From Cercozoa sp. M6MM (taxonomy: Eukaryota; Protista; Endomyxa: Ascetosporea): a stretch of DNA of 64,000 nt. The position numbers and the translations under genes were made by a program. This document shows, piece by piece, positions 14,073 through 38,919 of this stretch. The stretch lies in NCBI GenBank assembly GCA_040357565.1, contig JBDODJ010000058.1, one strand, 5' to 3'. Within the stretch, counting starts at the first letter, position 1. Each line of letters opens with the position of its first letter. The notes under the pieces are model-generated. The model searched no databases, was not told the DNA's origin, and saw only the letters and a program-made list of their open reading frames with translations.

Positions 14073-14703
14073 ATGGGATGCAGCGCAAGTTCGCAGGCAC
14101 ACCCAGCCATGGACAGCACGCCATTAGTCAAGCAGGCTGAGACACCCGAACAAGCGAGCGGCGAGAATGTGCAGCAAGTAGAGCATGCGCACCGGCAAGA
14201 CACCGGCACTGAAAAAGAGACTGGGAAAGCACTCCTGGATGAAGAACAACAAGGGAAAACTGAAGAGGTGGTCGCAGAGGTTGCCGAAGAAGTTGCCGAA
14301 GAGCTCGTGGCTGATCAAGATCAGGAGAAGGTCGAAGAGGTGATAGAAGAAGTTATCGAAGAGCTTGAGGTTGATCTGGATCAGGAAAAGGTCGAAGCGG
14401 CTGTCGAAAAAGTTGTTGAAAGGCTCGAGGACGAGGAACAGCAAAGCCAATTGCAAAGCGAGGAGGGCCAAAGCGAGGAGGGTATTCATGGGCGAGATGA
14501 AGCTGATCCAGTGTTTGAGGGAATTGAGGTATGTTCTTCCGTCTGTCACTTGTGTGTACTGGGTCAGGCGCAGCGCGCAGTACCGGCGTCGAATTGCGCG
14601 AAAACAGTTGTTTTAATGGTAGTCCGGTCATTTGTCGAAAGAGGACGAAAAGGTCATGGAACAGGTCGACCAAGAGCAAACTGAGGACTCAGAGATACAG
14701 TAA
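14073..14703 (+). CDS. Small acidic low-complexity protein with N-terminal MGC dual-acylation signal (2 exons, intron ~14529-14622)
   Basis: MGCSASS N-terminus and EEVVAEVAEE/EKVEEVIEE repeats. A GTATG...GTAG intron joins in frame to SGHLSKEDEKVMEQ...SEIQ*. Confidence 0.75.
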
Positions 14704-15111
14704 ATCACCAATCAATTACAGGTGCTACCAAGCAACTAAATTTATGACGCCGATTCGAACTGTGCGTACTGGAGCGAGGCCTTGGATTCGTGACACTGAA
14801 ACCCGATATTCCTAGTGTACAGTAGATGTGACTGTTTAATGTATAAACTTACGGGAGTCACGATTTTAATTAATATAAACTGACCCACTAGCAAGTTCAG
14901 TTGAGTTCCAATAGCTAAAGTTCAGATACCATCCCGAATAATAATTTAAAAACTCCGTCGAGATTCGAATCGCACCACTCCGACCGAACCTAGACGAGAC
15001 CCGCGCCGTGACGGAGACCTAGCGTTGGAGCTCCAGTCAGTCAGCTGTGCAAGCGAATGTAATACTAGTGATAATGGGGTGCTTCCCATCTGGAGGTACA
15101 AAATTACGATC

Positions 15112-15219
<108 letters not shown>

Positions 15220-15319
15220 NNNNNNNNNNNNNNNNNNNNNNNNNNNNNNNNNNNNNNNNNNNNNNNNNNNNNNNNNNNNNNNNNNNNNNNNNNNNNNNNN
15301 NNNNNNNNNNNNNNNNNNN

Positions 15320-15362
<43 letters not shown>

Positions 15363-15365
<3 letters not shown>

Positions 15366-15441
15366 ATGCTCTTGTAATCCACCCCAGTCTGGTGCAGGGG
15401 AACTACTTGGTTGCGTTGGTTTCCTGTAAGACGTCAACTAA

Positions 15442-15450
<9 letters not shown>
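15363..15450 (+). mobile_element. 3' end of LINE/SINE-like retroelement, copy 2; element may extend left to ~14817 across the (CA)n/N gap
   Basis: ccatgctcttgtaatccaccccagtctggtgcaggggaactac...gttggtttcc...caactaactaact, nearly identical to 28021-28094. Confidence 0.8.
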
Positions 15451-24202
<8,752 letters not shown>

Positions 24203-24398
24203 GAGAGTTTCTCTTGTTGTGTTAGTACCAAAAGAACCAGCAATCAAATTGGTGAGCTCGGGCTGGATGGATTGCTGCAAAACCCTTCTTCTTAAAAATG
24301 TTGTACAGCAAGACGGCCAGGTACAGTACAAAAATAAAAAATGTGACCAACAAGCTCGACGTGGTTTGTTGCTGCAGCAGCAACTCTGTCTCACGCGG

Positions 24399-25609
24399 AT
24401 GTTTGTATTTTGCCTGCTGTTGGTGATTGCTGCGGCTAGGTGTGTGTGTGTTTTTTTTTTTTGTCTGATTGGGAAGCGATCTGTGATGCGTTAGTACAGT
24501 GCCCAGCAGCAAGAGAGGGAGCCTGTCCCGCAGCCTCGCACTCTGGTAAAGCAGTGACATTTGCTTTTGTGCTAAATGTTGTTTGCACCGTTACTGCTGC
24601 AAACAACGTCTGTTTTTCATGGTGTGTTCCGGACAAGTTTAGGTGGTGCTGGACACGCCCGAGCGACTGCAGCAACACTCAGCATTTCTTCAGACGTTGC
24701 GCGAGCGGCAGCACCGTTTATCTTTCGCGCTCGCCAGTGACAAGGTACCTCTTGTTTCCTTATTCTGCATATCACAATCGATGTGCTTTTTGGTGTGCAG
24801 AAGCTTTCATTGTTTGAACATGGCGAGCCCAAGTTTGAAAATGCGCTAATCTTTACCAGCGATTCTCTCACGTTGAAGGTACACTATTTGGGCCAGAATT
24901 AGTAGCCTCGTACACGCCCATAACCGCTAATCCGTTGTTTAGGTCAAGGAGATGACTCGTTTCGTCGACGACGGCAACAACGTCATGGTCGTTGGCGACT
25001 CCATTGTACCTGTGAACCTATCGCACACCAGTGGATTTACGCTTGAATTAATCTGCGTGCAGGGCAAGTCTCTCCGGCAGTTTGCGGCGCAGTGCGGTGT
25101 TTCCTTTGGTGACACGCACGTGCATGGCACTGCAGAGTCGCGCAACTTTTTTCGCGAGGTATCTCTGCTCCGGTATGCCTCGACCCCTCCAAAAAGCATG
25201 TGACACTAATGAAGGCAACGATTGTCGGCGACGAAGCCGTCGCAAGTGATAAACCACTCCTATATTCGTACGTCGTGCATCGTGTATACACGTATGCTCT
25301 GCGCATATCCAAATGACGGTGACCTGTGCCTGCGAGCAGAGGCGTGTCACTAAAAGTGAGCGACTCGCCACTGTTGACAGAGATTCTGACCGCTGACGCC
25401 GTTGCTTTCACCGACAATGGTGTGTTCTGCCTTAGTACAAGTTGGTTTGTCTTTTCAGTTTGGTCTTGTGTCTTGTCAGGTGACGACAAGAAGAAGAAAG
25501 TTGGCACTGAGATCGTCCTCATTGCTGCTTTGCAAGTATGTTTCTTGCCGTGCGATATCCCTGATTTTTTGCACTTATGTGATACCGTGCGTGTGTGTCT
25601 GTGTATGTT

Positions 25610-25657
<48 letters not shown>

Positions 25658-25667
25658 NNNNNNNNNN

Positions 25668-25715
<48 letters not shown>

Positions 25716-27134
25716 GTTATGGTAGGCGCGAAACAATGCGCGAGTTCTCTTTTCTGGCAGCTCGTCCTTCTTTGACAACGCCGCTTTTGGTATCCCGCGT
25801 GTGTCTCTCTCCGTGAGTCGTTGTGTTTGTATCCCATGTCCGTGTAGCTAACTCATATCTCTTGAACAAACCTGTCGCTACCGCGCTTGGTGTGTGTGTC
25901 TTGTGAGTGACTTTCTGTACTTCACCTCTGCCACTTCCATCACTGTGCAGGTATCTGGGCTTGCAAGGAGCGCGGCTATTTGCGTGCCTCTCGCGTGTTG
26001 CATCAACTGTACCCCTGTCTAAACATTCCTTTTGTTTGTGTTTTTGTTGTTGCAAATTTCCTCTAGTCTGCCGATGCAAGGTGATGAAACTGAGTTCCGT
26101 GGCGGCGGTGATGACCATCAAGAGGATTTCTCGTTGGTGGGCGTGCCCATCGAACAACTGGGTACTCTCTCTGATTCGACACATGTTTGCAAGGCAGGTT
26201 GTATCGACTTGTGCCATAACTGCACCAGGCGATCGTTGGCGTCGAAACGCGCCGCGCGAGGACAATCCTGAGCTGTATCGGGTACCTGACCTGCGTGCAC
26301 TTGTACATTCCGTACCGCATCTGTCTCTATTTTTGAGTGCTTTACAGGTTCGAGATCGAGTTCGCTTCTCGCTCGTTGTGGAAGAGTACGACGGCTACGC
26401 CCAGGTACCTTTGATTCTCTGCACTATGTTGCCCTGCGTGATGTATGTCTGCAGAAATGGCGTCCCTTCGTCGTGTCAAAGGATGACGTGCTTCAGTTTG
26501 AACTTCAACGTATCCGTTTTTTGTTCCAACGTTTATTCTGCGTGTGTTTGTATACACTTGATTGACGCAGGGCTAGACGTGTTCGTGCGGAGGGACATGG
26601 TTCCACTCGGTACGGCAGTCGTTGTTTCTTCCTCTACAAGTATGATTTTGGCAATGCAGGCGAAGGCAGGTATGGTGTGCACGTGCGTATGCCGCATCAC
26701 TTCGGCGTCTTTCATGGTGCATCCGCATACAGTTTAAGAGGTGGCCCCGTTTATTCCACTTTAATGTGTTTGTGTAGCCGTGGTCGACCATCGACGTCGA
26801 GGTCTCTCCGTGTTGCAGGTGTCTTGCTTTTCCTACGTTCGTGCGCTCTGTCTCAACGTTTATTGTTGTGTAGGTGAAAAGACAAATGGCAGTGCGCGAG
26901 TTCAACCACGACGAGTATCCGCGTTTTCTGTATTCTGCCTACCTCATACGTGTTTTGCACCTCACCATCTCTAGAGAGTGCGGGTAGAATCGATTCGTAC
27001 ACTGCACGTATAGGCTCCATGCGATGCCGTACTACGCATCGACGTTGCTGATGGTCGCGAGTGTGCCTGTTGTCGCATTGCTGTTCGTGTTTAACGCGCG
27101 TGCTGCCGACGATTCTACCCGCAAAAGCAAGTGA
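24399..27134 (+). CDS. DDOST: Oligosaccharyltransferase 48 kDa subunit (OST48/WBP1), multi-exon
   Basis: Signal peptide MFVFCLLLVIAAA; PRTL|VVLD...HSAFLQTL; FVDDGNNVMVVG; LIAALQ|ARNNARVLFSGS; VREFNHDEYPRFL|LHAMPYYAS, then a TM helix and basic tail ...TRKSK*. Confidence 0.93.
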
Positions 27135-27156
27135 ACGAGCACATCATCAGATCTTT

Positions 27157-27270
27157 GGCCTCACCGCCACCACTGGTTTCACCACCAACTCTGGCCTCAC
27201 CGCCACCACTGGTTTCACCACCAATGCTAGCCTCACCGCTACACCCGCCTTCACCGCCATCCTTGCCCCC
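27157..27270. repeat. 36-bp (18-bp sub-period) GC-rich minisatellite
   Basis: ggcctcaccgccaccactggtttcaccaccaactct repeated about three times with decay. Confidence 0.85.
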
Positions 27271-27439
27271 ACGGCTAAACACGACCTTCGGGTCCATACT
27301 GGCGCATGCAAAAACGCCACCAATGGTTTCACGACCATGCTCAGAATAGCCAAGAGCGCAAACTCAGCATCGCAGACATCCGCACACTGCAAGCTTCAAG
27401 TACTACAACTGTGCTTAAATACCGCGAAAGTGCAATGAA

Positions 27440-28094
27440 TGCAATGCCAGATCTGGGCAGACTCAGGACTCCCAACTGCAAGGGATGCAAACAACGACTA
27501 CAAAAACGCGAAGTAAATGAGTGCCCCGACTGCGCGGTACCTGGGAAAATGCAGAATACACTCTCGACACGTACCACCGATTGCTGGAATGCAAGGTAAC
27601 GGAAGCTATCAGAAACAACACCAATGCGGCTCAATGGCGCACAATTGAAGACATAAATTACTGGCCAACCCTGAGAACCTAGCAACAGAATGCACCAAGG
27701 CACCAAGATCTCCTGGGACGAGGAAGCAACTGTCGAAGGACAACCAGCCTCCCAGCAGGCACTGGACCGAGTCCCCGACATAGACTAGGCCACCACTCAC
27801 AGCAGTGGTGGCCCTACGTCTATGTCTGTTTGTCTGTTTTGTTTAGTTATCAGTTATCGAGTGGAGAGACGGGAGGACGACGACGGGACGACCCGACGCG
27901 GCCTGCGACGCCTCTCTACTTGTAGCCCGCTACCTGCACCAACCATGAAGTCGACTTCGGTGTCTGGGGAACGTCAAAAGGGGAGTTGTATGGTCCTACC
28001 CTAAGCGGGCGGTAAACACGGCCATGCTCTTGTGACCCACCCCAGACTGGTGCAGGGGAACTACATAGTTGGTTTCCTAGAAGACTCAACTAAC
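27440..28094 (+). mobile_element. 5'-truncated LINE: frameshifted C-terminal CCHC knuckle region, 3' UTR and AACT tail (copy 3)
   Basis: ECPDC...TLDTYHRLLEC resembles the CxxC...HxxxxC end of LINE ORF2. 27531-27913 matches 40051-40433 (inverted), which abuts RT sequence. Ends in the shared hairpin and tail. Confidence 0.82.
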
Positions 28095-28258
28095 TGACTA
28101 CTGAAAGTGTGCAGTAACAAAACGGAAATAATATCACACGAAAGTTGGACGGCTCAGGCTCAGCACCGTCGGCACACGACGTCATCGCATGCATGCGTCG
28201 AATGCAAGCCGAGAGCAGCGTCTGACCGATTTAGCATCCACTGATTGGATTCGCCGGT

Positions 28259-32747
<4,489 letters not shown>

Positions 32748-33126
32748 TCACTGTTGTTCCCGGCAATTTTGTGGAACTGTCTTTACGTGCGAACACAGTG
32801 AGGAAATGCACCAAATAGGCCGATTCGATGCCAGCGGCGCTGCCAGTGACGCAAGGGATGAATCTGCGCACGTACGCTGATTAAGGACGCTCAGAACAAA
32901 CGAAAAAAAAAGAGTCAAAGGCCCTTCCGCGCGCGGTTCGCTCGTCAAAACCTCTTTATCACCAAAACGCCCTAGGCTAAACGCAAATGTACCTTGCCTA
33001 CGTTTGTTGTCACCACTGCGACCGAGTGGCTTTCGCAGTGTTGGTTCTGTTGTTTTCGTCTGAGCGCCGGATGTTCTGGCTCACAGACTCCGGCTCGGAG
33101 CTGAAACTACTTTTCGGTACTGTAGA

Positions 33127-33635
33127 AATGCACCAAAGTCGGTACAGTCGATGCTCAACAAAGCTAGATTTAGAAATACCATAACGGTGTTTATGCGAAG
33201 CCTTTATACGTGGCATTAATGTGCGCAACGTTAAAGTCCCGATGAAGACACTCCGAATGCTGATTCATAAGCAGCTTGGCTACCAAGACGTTCGGACCTT
33301 GATTCAAGTTAGCTAAAGTTGAGTTGAGTTGAGTTGAGCTAGAGTTCGGCAGTTTGGTACATGCGCAGACAGGTAACATTGTGTTTCAGACAGCACAGGA
33401 CGATGACGCGGCAGATATCCAGGCTGCTAGAGCAATATTTCCAAGGTACCACCGTACCACGCGTTGGTATGACGGTATCTGGACGGTGCCAAAGAATACA
33501 TGCGTCGCTGTGATTTGGTCCTTCGCTTACCCCTTTACCCCTTACCCCCGCTTCAAGAAAGGTGACAGCAAGCGACGCAACACCTGCGAAGTCTGTTTGT
33601 CGGGGGTCGTCCGCGAATTTATTGCGTCTCTGTGA
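33127..33635 (+). CDS. DUF1697-family protein (normally prokaryotic) with spliceosomal introns; ends uncertain, possibly truncated
   Basis: Exon 33201-33307 and the exon from 33369 splice to AFIRGINVRNVKVPMKTLRMLIHKQLGYQDVRTLIQ|TGNIVF. This matches the DUF1697 signature AxLRGINVGG..KVPMxxLR....LG..DVxTYIQSGNVVF. Confidence 0.8.
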
Positions 33636-34092
33636 GGCCACAAAAATCGACTTCGGATGTAAACATGATTACAACAAGAGACGAGACAACAAGAGACGAG
33701 AAATGAGCTGAAGGACGGTCGGAAATAGTGCCCTATTCTAGAATATAGTGCCTAGTTCTAGAATATGGGGCATGTAGTTCGAGAAGTTGTGCGCACGGGG
33801 CAACAGTGCCGTACGCGTGACTCTATCTCCGGATTATTTCGCTTGACTGCCTGCAGATTCGTCACTGATCATGAGTGTAAACTTAGTCGACGGAGTCGGC
33901 GAATAACACATCGCATCCGCCTGCCGAATTTGTTTAATTTACGTTCGAGTTCCATTTACTTTTAACGTAAGTTCCATTCACGTCATGATCAGTTTGATGA
34001 GTCGCATGCGCACTTGGCCGCCGTGCACTCGCACCCGGAGCCGACCCGGGGACGCGATGACGCTCGCCGGGCGAAGAAAACTGTAGCGCTAG

Positions 34093-37000
34093 CTAGCATA
34101 GGGTACCAGTCCGATCGACTACAGGCTGCCCCGCCGTCGCCTGTGCTTTCAGTTCAGTTGCGACCAACGGAGCGGATACTGGAATTGTCGCCTCAAGCTC
34201 GGTTATCTGAGCTCGAATCGCATTCAGTAGTTGGCGTTTCTCTTGCCAAACAGCGCCCGACTCCTGGCTTGGATGGTGAATGAGCTTGAGTAGCTCCATT
34301 TCTTCGTTGCGCAACGTCTCTAACACATGTCTTGCACTTTGCACCAGGGGTGACTCCAAGTCGGTGTTGTCACCTGTTTTGGATTCGTATCGTTGAGCTG
34401 ACGCATTGGACAAAGGCTGCATTGCATTACGCGCTCCTTCTGCCTGCAGAAGACAACGAAGTTCTTCGCGAATCTGCACCAACTCGCTGCGGTCACGATG
34501 AATGCCCGCATGAGCGATTTGTAGACGTTTCGAGGTTTGCAAGTCGGCGTTTTGCCTTGATGTTTCTGCCAACTGCGCGCGCGTTCGCATCGCATGATCC
34601 AGAGCCTTATTTAACTGCGCCCGGAGTTGCTTTTCTGTTGCTTTGCGTGTCTCATTTTCTGATTTCTTCGTATTGCAATTTGAATATTAGCGCACCGACA
34701 GTTTCATGTCACAAGCAAAAACTGAAGAAGATAACAAGCAGCTTACCAGTCGGTCGACTTCATCTTTGAGCGCTTCGTTTTCTCTCCGTAGGATAACAGC
34801 ATCGTCGCTTTCTCTCGATTTGCGCATCTTTTGAAGAGCAGTTTCAAGTTGAATCACTTTGTTCTCGGCCTGACGTTGTTGCTCGCGCGCTTGCTGAGCC
34901 TCGCGGCGTGCTTCTTCTTTCCGTCGTCTCGCTTGTTCGGAAGAAGCTTCCGCTGCATTCTTTGCCGTCTGCAAGCGCGCTGCACAGCTGTCTTGCCATC
35001 GCTTTCGCTCTGTTCAGGCACAGTTAATCGGTGCGAGAAGTGACTTATCAGGTACCTCTTTGCGTTTCTTGCTGCAGTTGTGCCACCGCGGACAATTTGG
35101 ACTTGGCTTGAGCTTGCTGCACCAAGTAGAATAGAAAAACACCTCATGGACGGAGAGAAGCAGACAGGAAAGTGCGCACTTTTGCCTCGGCGTCAGCAAG
35201 AGCAGCGCGCAGTTTTCGCTCTAAAACAACGCATTGCTCGCGTCGCTGCTGCAGTTGCTTTTGAAGAGACTGCCACTGCCTGAAAGCACTCGTAATTTCC
35301 ATAGAAATCAGTGTACGGTATTTTGTGTACTTTGCCCAGAGTTCCTCCAGTTGGCGCAATCGTTTCTTCTCCAACGCATGTGCGCGTACTTGGGCAGCAG
35401 TTTTAAAGTCGAACTCCCACTGCCTCAGTCGCAGAAGTTGTCGTTGCTGCAGTTCGTGCGGCGAGCAACTTTGTTTATGCGCGTCAAAAGCAAGATTCCC
35501 TTTATCCCTGTCTGTATCTGCGTGCATGTAAACACTCGCGTCTACAGAATAGGCATCGCTCTGCACATTCTCCGAGACTGTGTCATCCTCTTCTGTCTCT
35601 TCTTCCTCGTCCTTTTCTGTCTCTTCTTCCTCTTCCTTTTCTGTCTCTTCTTCCTCGTCCTCTTTCTCTTCTTCTCTTCTTGGTTGCTGAAACTGTTGCA
35701 GCAGTTGCAGTTGTTGCTGTCCCTGCTCGTAGATTCCGATATCTGTGTCCATTTGCTGCAGGGCCATCTGCAAGCGAACGAATGCGATGGCTTGCGACAA
35801 TGCAGACTCCCGTAACGGCACAAACTCGTCCTGTACGTGTATCAAATTCCAGTAAAGAGTATTCGCAAATGTATGGGTGTACCAGGAAATGTGGAGCGTT
35901 GACAATAGAGTCGAGAGGCACCATTGCACTTGCCACCGGGACTTGTTCCACCAGCAAAGTCAAGTGCAGCGGTGGCAGTGAACCCAGTGCCTGTGCTGGA
36001 GCGACGCATTCACGAACACACACGGCCGATTGGAGTAACGTCTCTTCGTTCAGAGACACACTGACGGGTGCAGTGCGCACCTGAGTTTGCTGAAAGACAC
36101 TGTGAGCATGCGTGTAGACGACTTGAACCGTCTCATTCGACAGCGGTGGTGGTATCGAGAGCACGCGCAATGACCTCAAGTCGCAGCTCAGGCGCCAACG
36201 TGGCATGCGGACAGGCATCGGCGCAGGGGCTTCTGGCAGAGTTGGAACGTGCACTTGCTTAGGTGGTGTCGTCGGTAGAGAGGGCGATGAATCACCCGTA
36301 TCGATGTATCGAGCATCCGTCGACTGTTGCTCTGCCTCTTGAGGACTCCGTTTGGGCCCCGAATCTGGCTCAGCTTTTGCCTCCTTCTTCCGTGCTTGTT
36401 TGAAAGGTCGCGAAGCAGTTTTGTTTCGCGAAGCTAAGACACGCTGCTGACGCTCTTCTGCCGGCACGAAACGACTGCAAGACTTCATGAAGTACGCCAG
36501 TTTGACCTCCTGGGTAGACACAGAGCCTTACAATACATTGAGATGGAACTGAGCACACTTACAGGATACTGTCCAGTTGCATCGCATCGACGTGCTCCGC
36601 GCAAGCGTTGCCAGTACGCGTCGGTGCGACGGTTGCGAGCGTTGAGCCTGGCCGTTTTAAGGTCCAGAACGATATGGCCGAGCAACGAGCGTTGCGCTTT
36701 GACACTCTCCAGAGCTTTTTCTGGAAAAGAAAAACTGAGGTGCGCATTAAAAGTGCAGGACGGCATTGTTAGAAGGTACCTGCAGTAAGAGACGACATGT
36801 CACTTGGGGCAGCGCGTACCAGTATGCACTCGAGCCGCACAGCACAGCCCCGCGAGCGCAAAAGGCGTAACTCTTCGCTAGTGTAGGTCCAATGCAGCTG
36901 GTTTCGTCGACTGCCCGGTCGATCGAACAACAGAGAATTCACGCGCGAAAGCGATGGCACGCGGAGCAATTCGCTATGCCACTTTCTCGACTCAAGGTCT

Positions 37001-37240
37001 GATTCGTCGGGCCGAGGCGACAAAGCGACAGTAAACACGAGTGCCTCCGCCACATCGGCTTGCTGACCAAGGTGAACAAAATGTCTGCCTTCTCTCACAT
37101 GGATGGTCAGTTTCTGCACCTACGAAGCCACAAAAACTTGGGTTTGCTCGAAGAAAATGAGAGTTTTTGCCTCTGGCCGGAGCGCAACCCACCGTCTCAA
37201 AGGACGACCCCGAGGCGAGTGATCCGCTGCTAGCTGGCAT
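34093..37240 (-). CDS. CEP120: Centrosomal protein CEP120 homologue (C2 domains plus coiled coil)
   Basis: C2A-like: IHVREGRHF...LHW...VRLEC...LGHIVLDLKTA...WQRL...EVKL. C2C-like: LSCDLRSL...RTAPVSVSLNEETLL. Followed by W...RLRQLEELW and a long coiled coil. Confidence 0.82.
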
Positions 37241-37433
37241 CGCAAGCACTACCAAAGCGGACAGAGGCAATTCATGTGCATATTGTCTACAGACACTTTT
37301 AGTATTCTGCGTTGTCCGCGCGTAACTCCACACTACTTGCTCACAGTAAAATTGCCAGAATCGACAAATCTGTTATATGCCAAAAACGCGCTCGTGTGCA
37401 CTAAACTGGCGTTAATTCGGACTAGACACACTT

Positions 37434-38601
37434 ATGAACACACCATCCTTCTCTACGTTTACGGAGGGCCAGCGCAGCGGCATCCGTATTGGGGTTTGTT
37501 TGTTTGGGGGCCAATACTTGATTCTATCGTTATATTTTGCAGGGTTGGGAGGTCTCAGCAGTCCAAGGAACGCACATTGCCAATGAGACTGTACGCGACG
37601 AGCTGGAGCGCCAGCTCGCGCTGCCCGAGTTGGTATGTGAACACGCTCCCTCTCTTTATTTGGCATGTTGCTCTGTCTGTTGCATGCAGCCAGAGATGCT
37701 GCACGACAGGCATGAAGTGATTTTAACACATGGTGACAAGTTTTCGGCCACGTTGAACACGTTGCACTGCCTCCAATCGCTGCCAAAGGTACCAACAACT
37801 GTTGACTTGGATGAAGAGTGTGACACTCGTGTGTCTGTTTCCAGGAGGCCGGCGTGCAAGTGGCGGCTGCGCGAGAGTGGCAGGAAGCAAAGTACACCAT
37901 TGCACTCTAAACATTCACTGTACTATACGGTGCACAGTTCAGGGTATGAGCAAGCTCGGCAGTTTGACTGGACGTACAGCACGCACTCACATGGTGACGT
38001 GCGCGGCACTCCTTGCGATCAGGAAGGCTCCATCGACACGCAGCTGGTACCTGTGTCACAGAGACACGTTCACACGGCCACACAGACACTGATGTAGTTG
38101 ATGAGGAGGGATCCAATTCTGTGGAGCACTGATGTCATTCTGTTTGAGGATGAGTTACACGACTGCGGCGTCAGTCAGGTACATCGTGTTTGTTGCGCTT
38201 AAGTTACCTACTTGGAAGAAAAACAATGTGCTCACAGGTCAGAGTACGGGCACGTGTGATGCCAACATGCTTTCTGGTGCTCATGCGAAGTTTCGTTCGC
38301 GCTGACAATGTCGTTGTGAGGCTGAGAGACACTCGCTTTTTCCACGTTTTTGGCTCGGACACTGTCGTGCAAGACATGCAGTACAGAGAGGTATACCCAC
38401 ACGCAGTACGCGACTGAACGTAAACATCTGCGTGTTGACGTGTCACTTTGCATGTGCTATCTCTGTCAATAGTGCAAATGGGAGCGTCTTCCGCCCTACA
38501 TGCGTGGGATCGTCATCGCCGACACAGAACAGGCGGCACAAACCGTGTTCTCGCAGTTGCCGGTCACCACACACACCGTCCGCGTGTTTTCACTTGTTTA
38601 G
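37434..38601 (+). CDS. TIPRL: TIP41-like PP2A regulator, multi-exon
   Basis: LPEM, FDWTYST, DPILW...LFEDELHDCGVS, RVMPTCFLVLMR.FVRADNVVVRLRDTR. Confidence 0.95.
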
Positions 38602-38919
38602 GAGACGCGGTATCCGATCTATTGAAGACAAACAACTGCAGTGAACAGCTATGCCGTACTGTAACTCCTCGCGTCGCCTCTGACTCGGATGCATGCGATC
38701 GGATGCGGCGCGCGGTAAACACGACGGATGCGTACGTGTACCGTACATGTGTTGAGTGACGTGAGTAAGCTTGGATTTATGCTGCACCGGTAGTTACAAT
38801 GTCAGCAGCGGAGTTTCGATGTCGAGTCGTATACATGATCGTCGCGTCGCGTGTACATCGCATGCATGAGTGTCGCGATAACCGTAATCTATGTCCAGTC
38901 CGTTGTCGTTTCTCTATGC

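Noticed and set aside
27157-27270. Repeat array as CRISPR-like
   Set aside because: Tandem units without unique spacers; an ordinary minisatellite.
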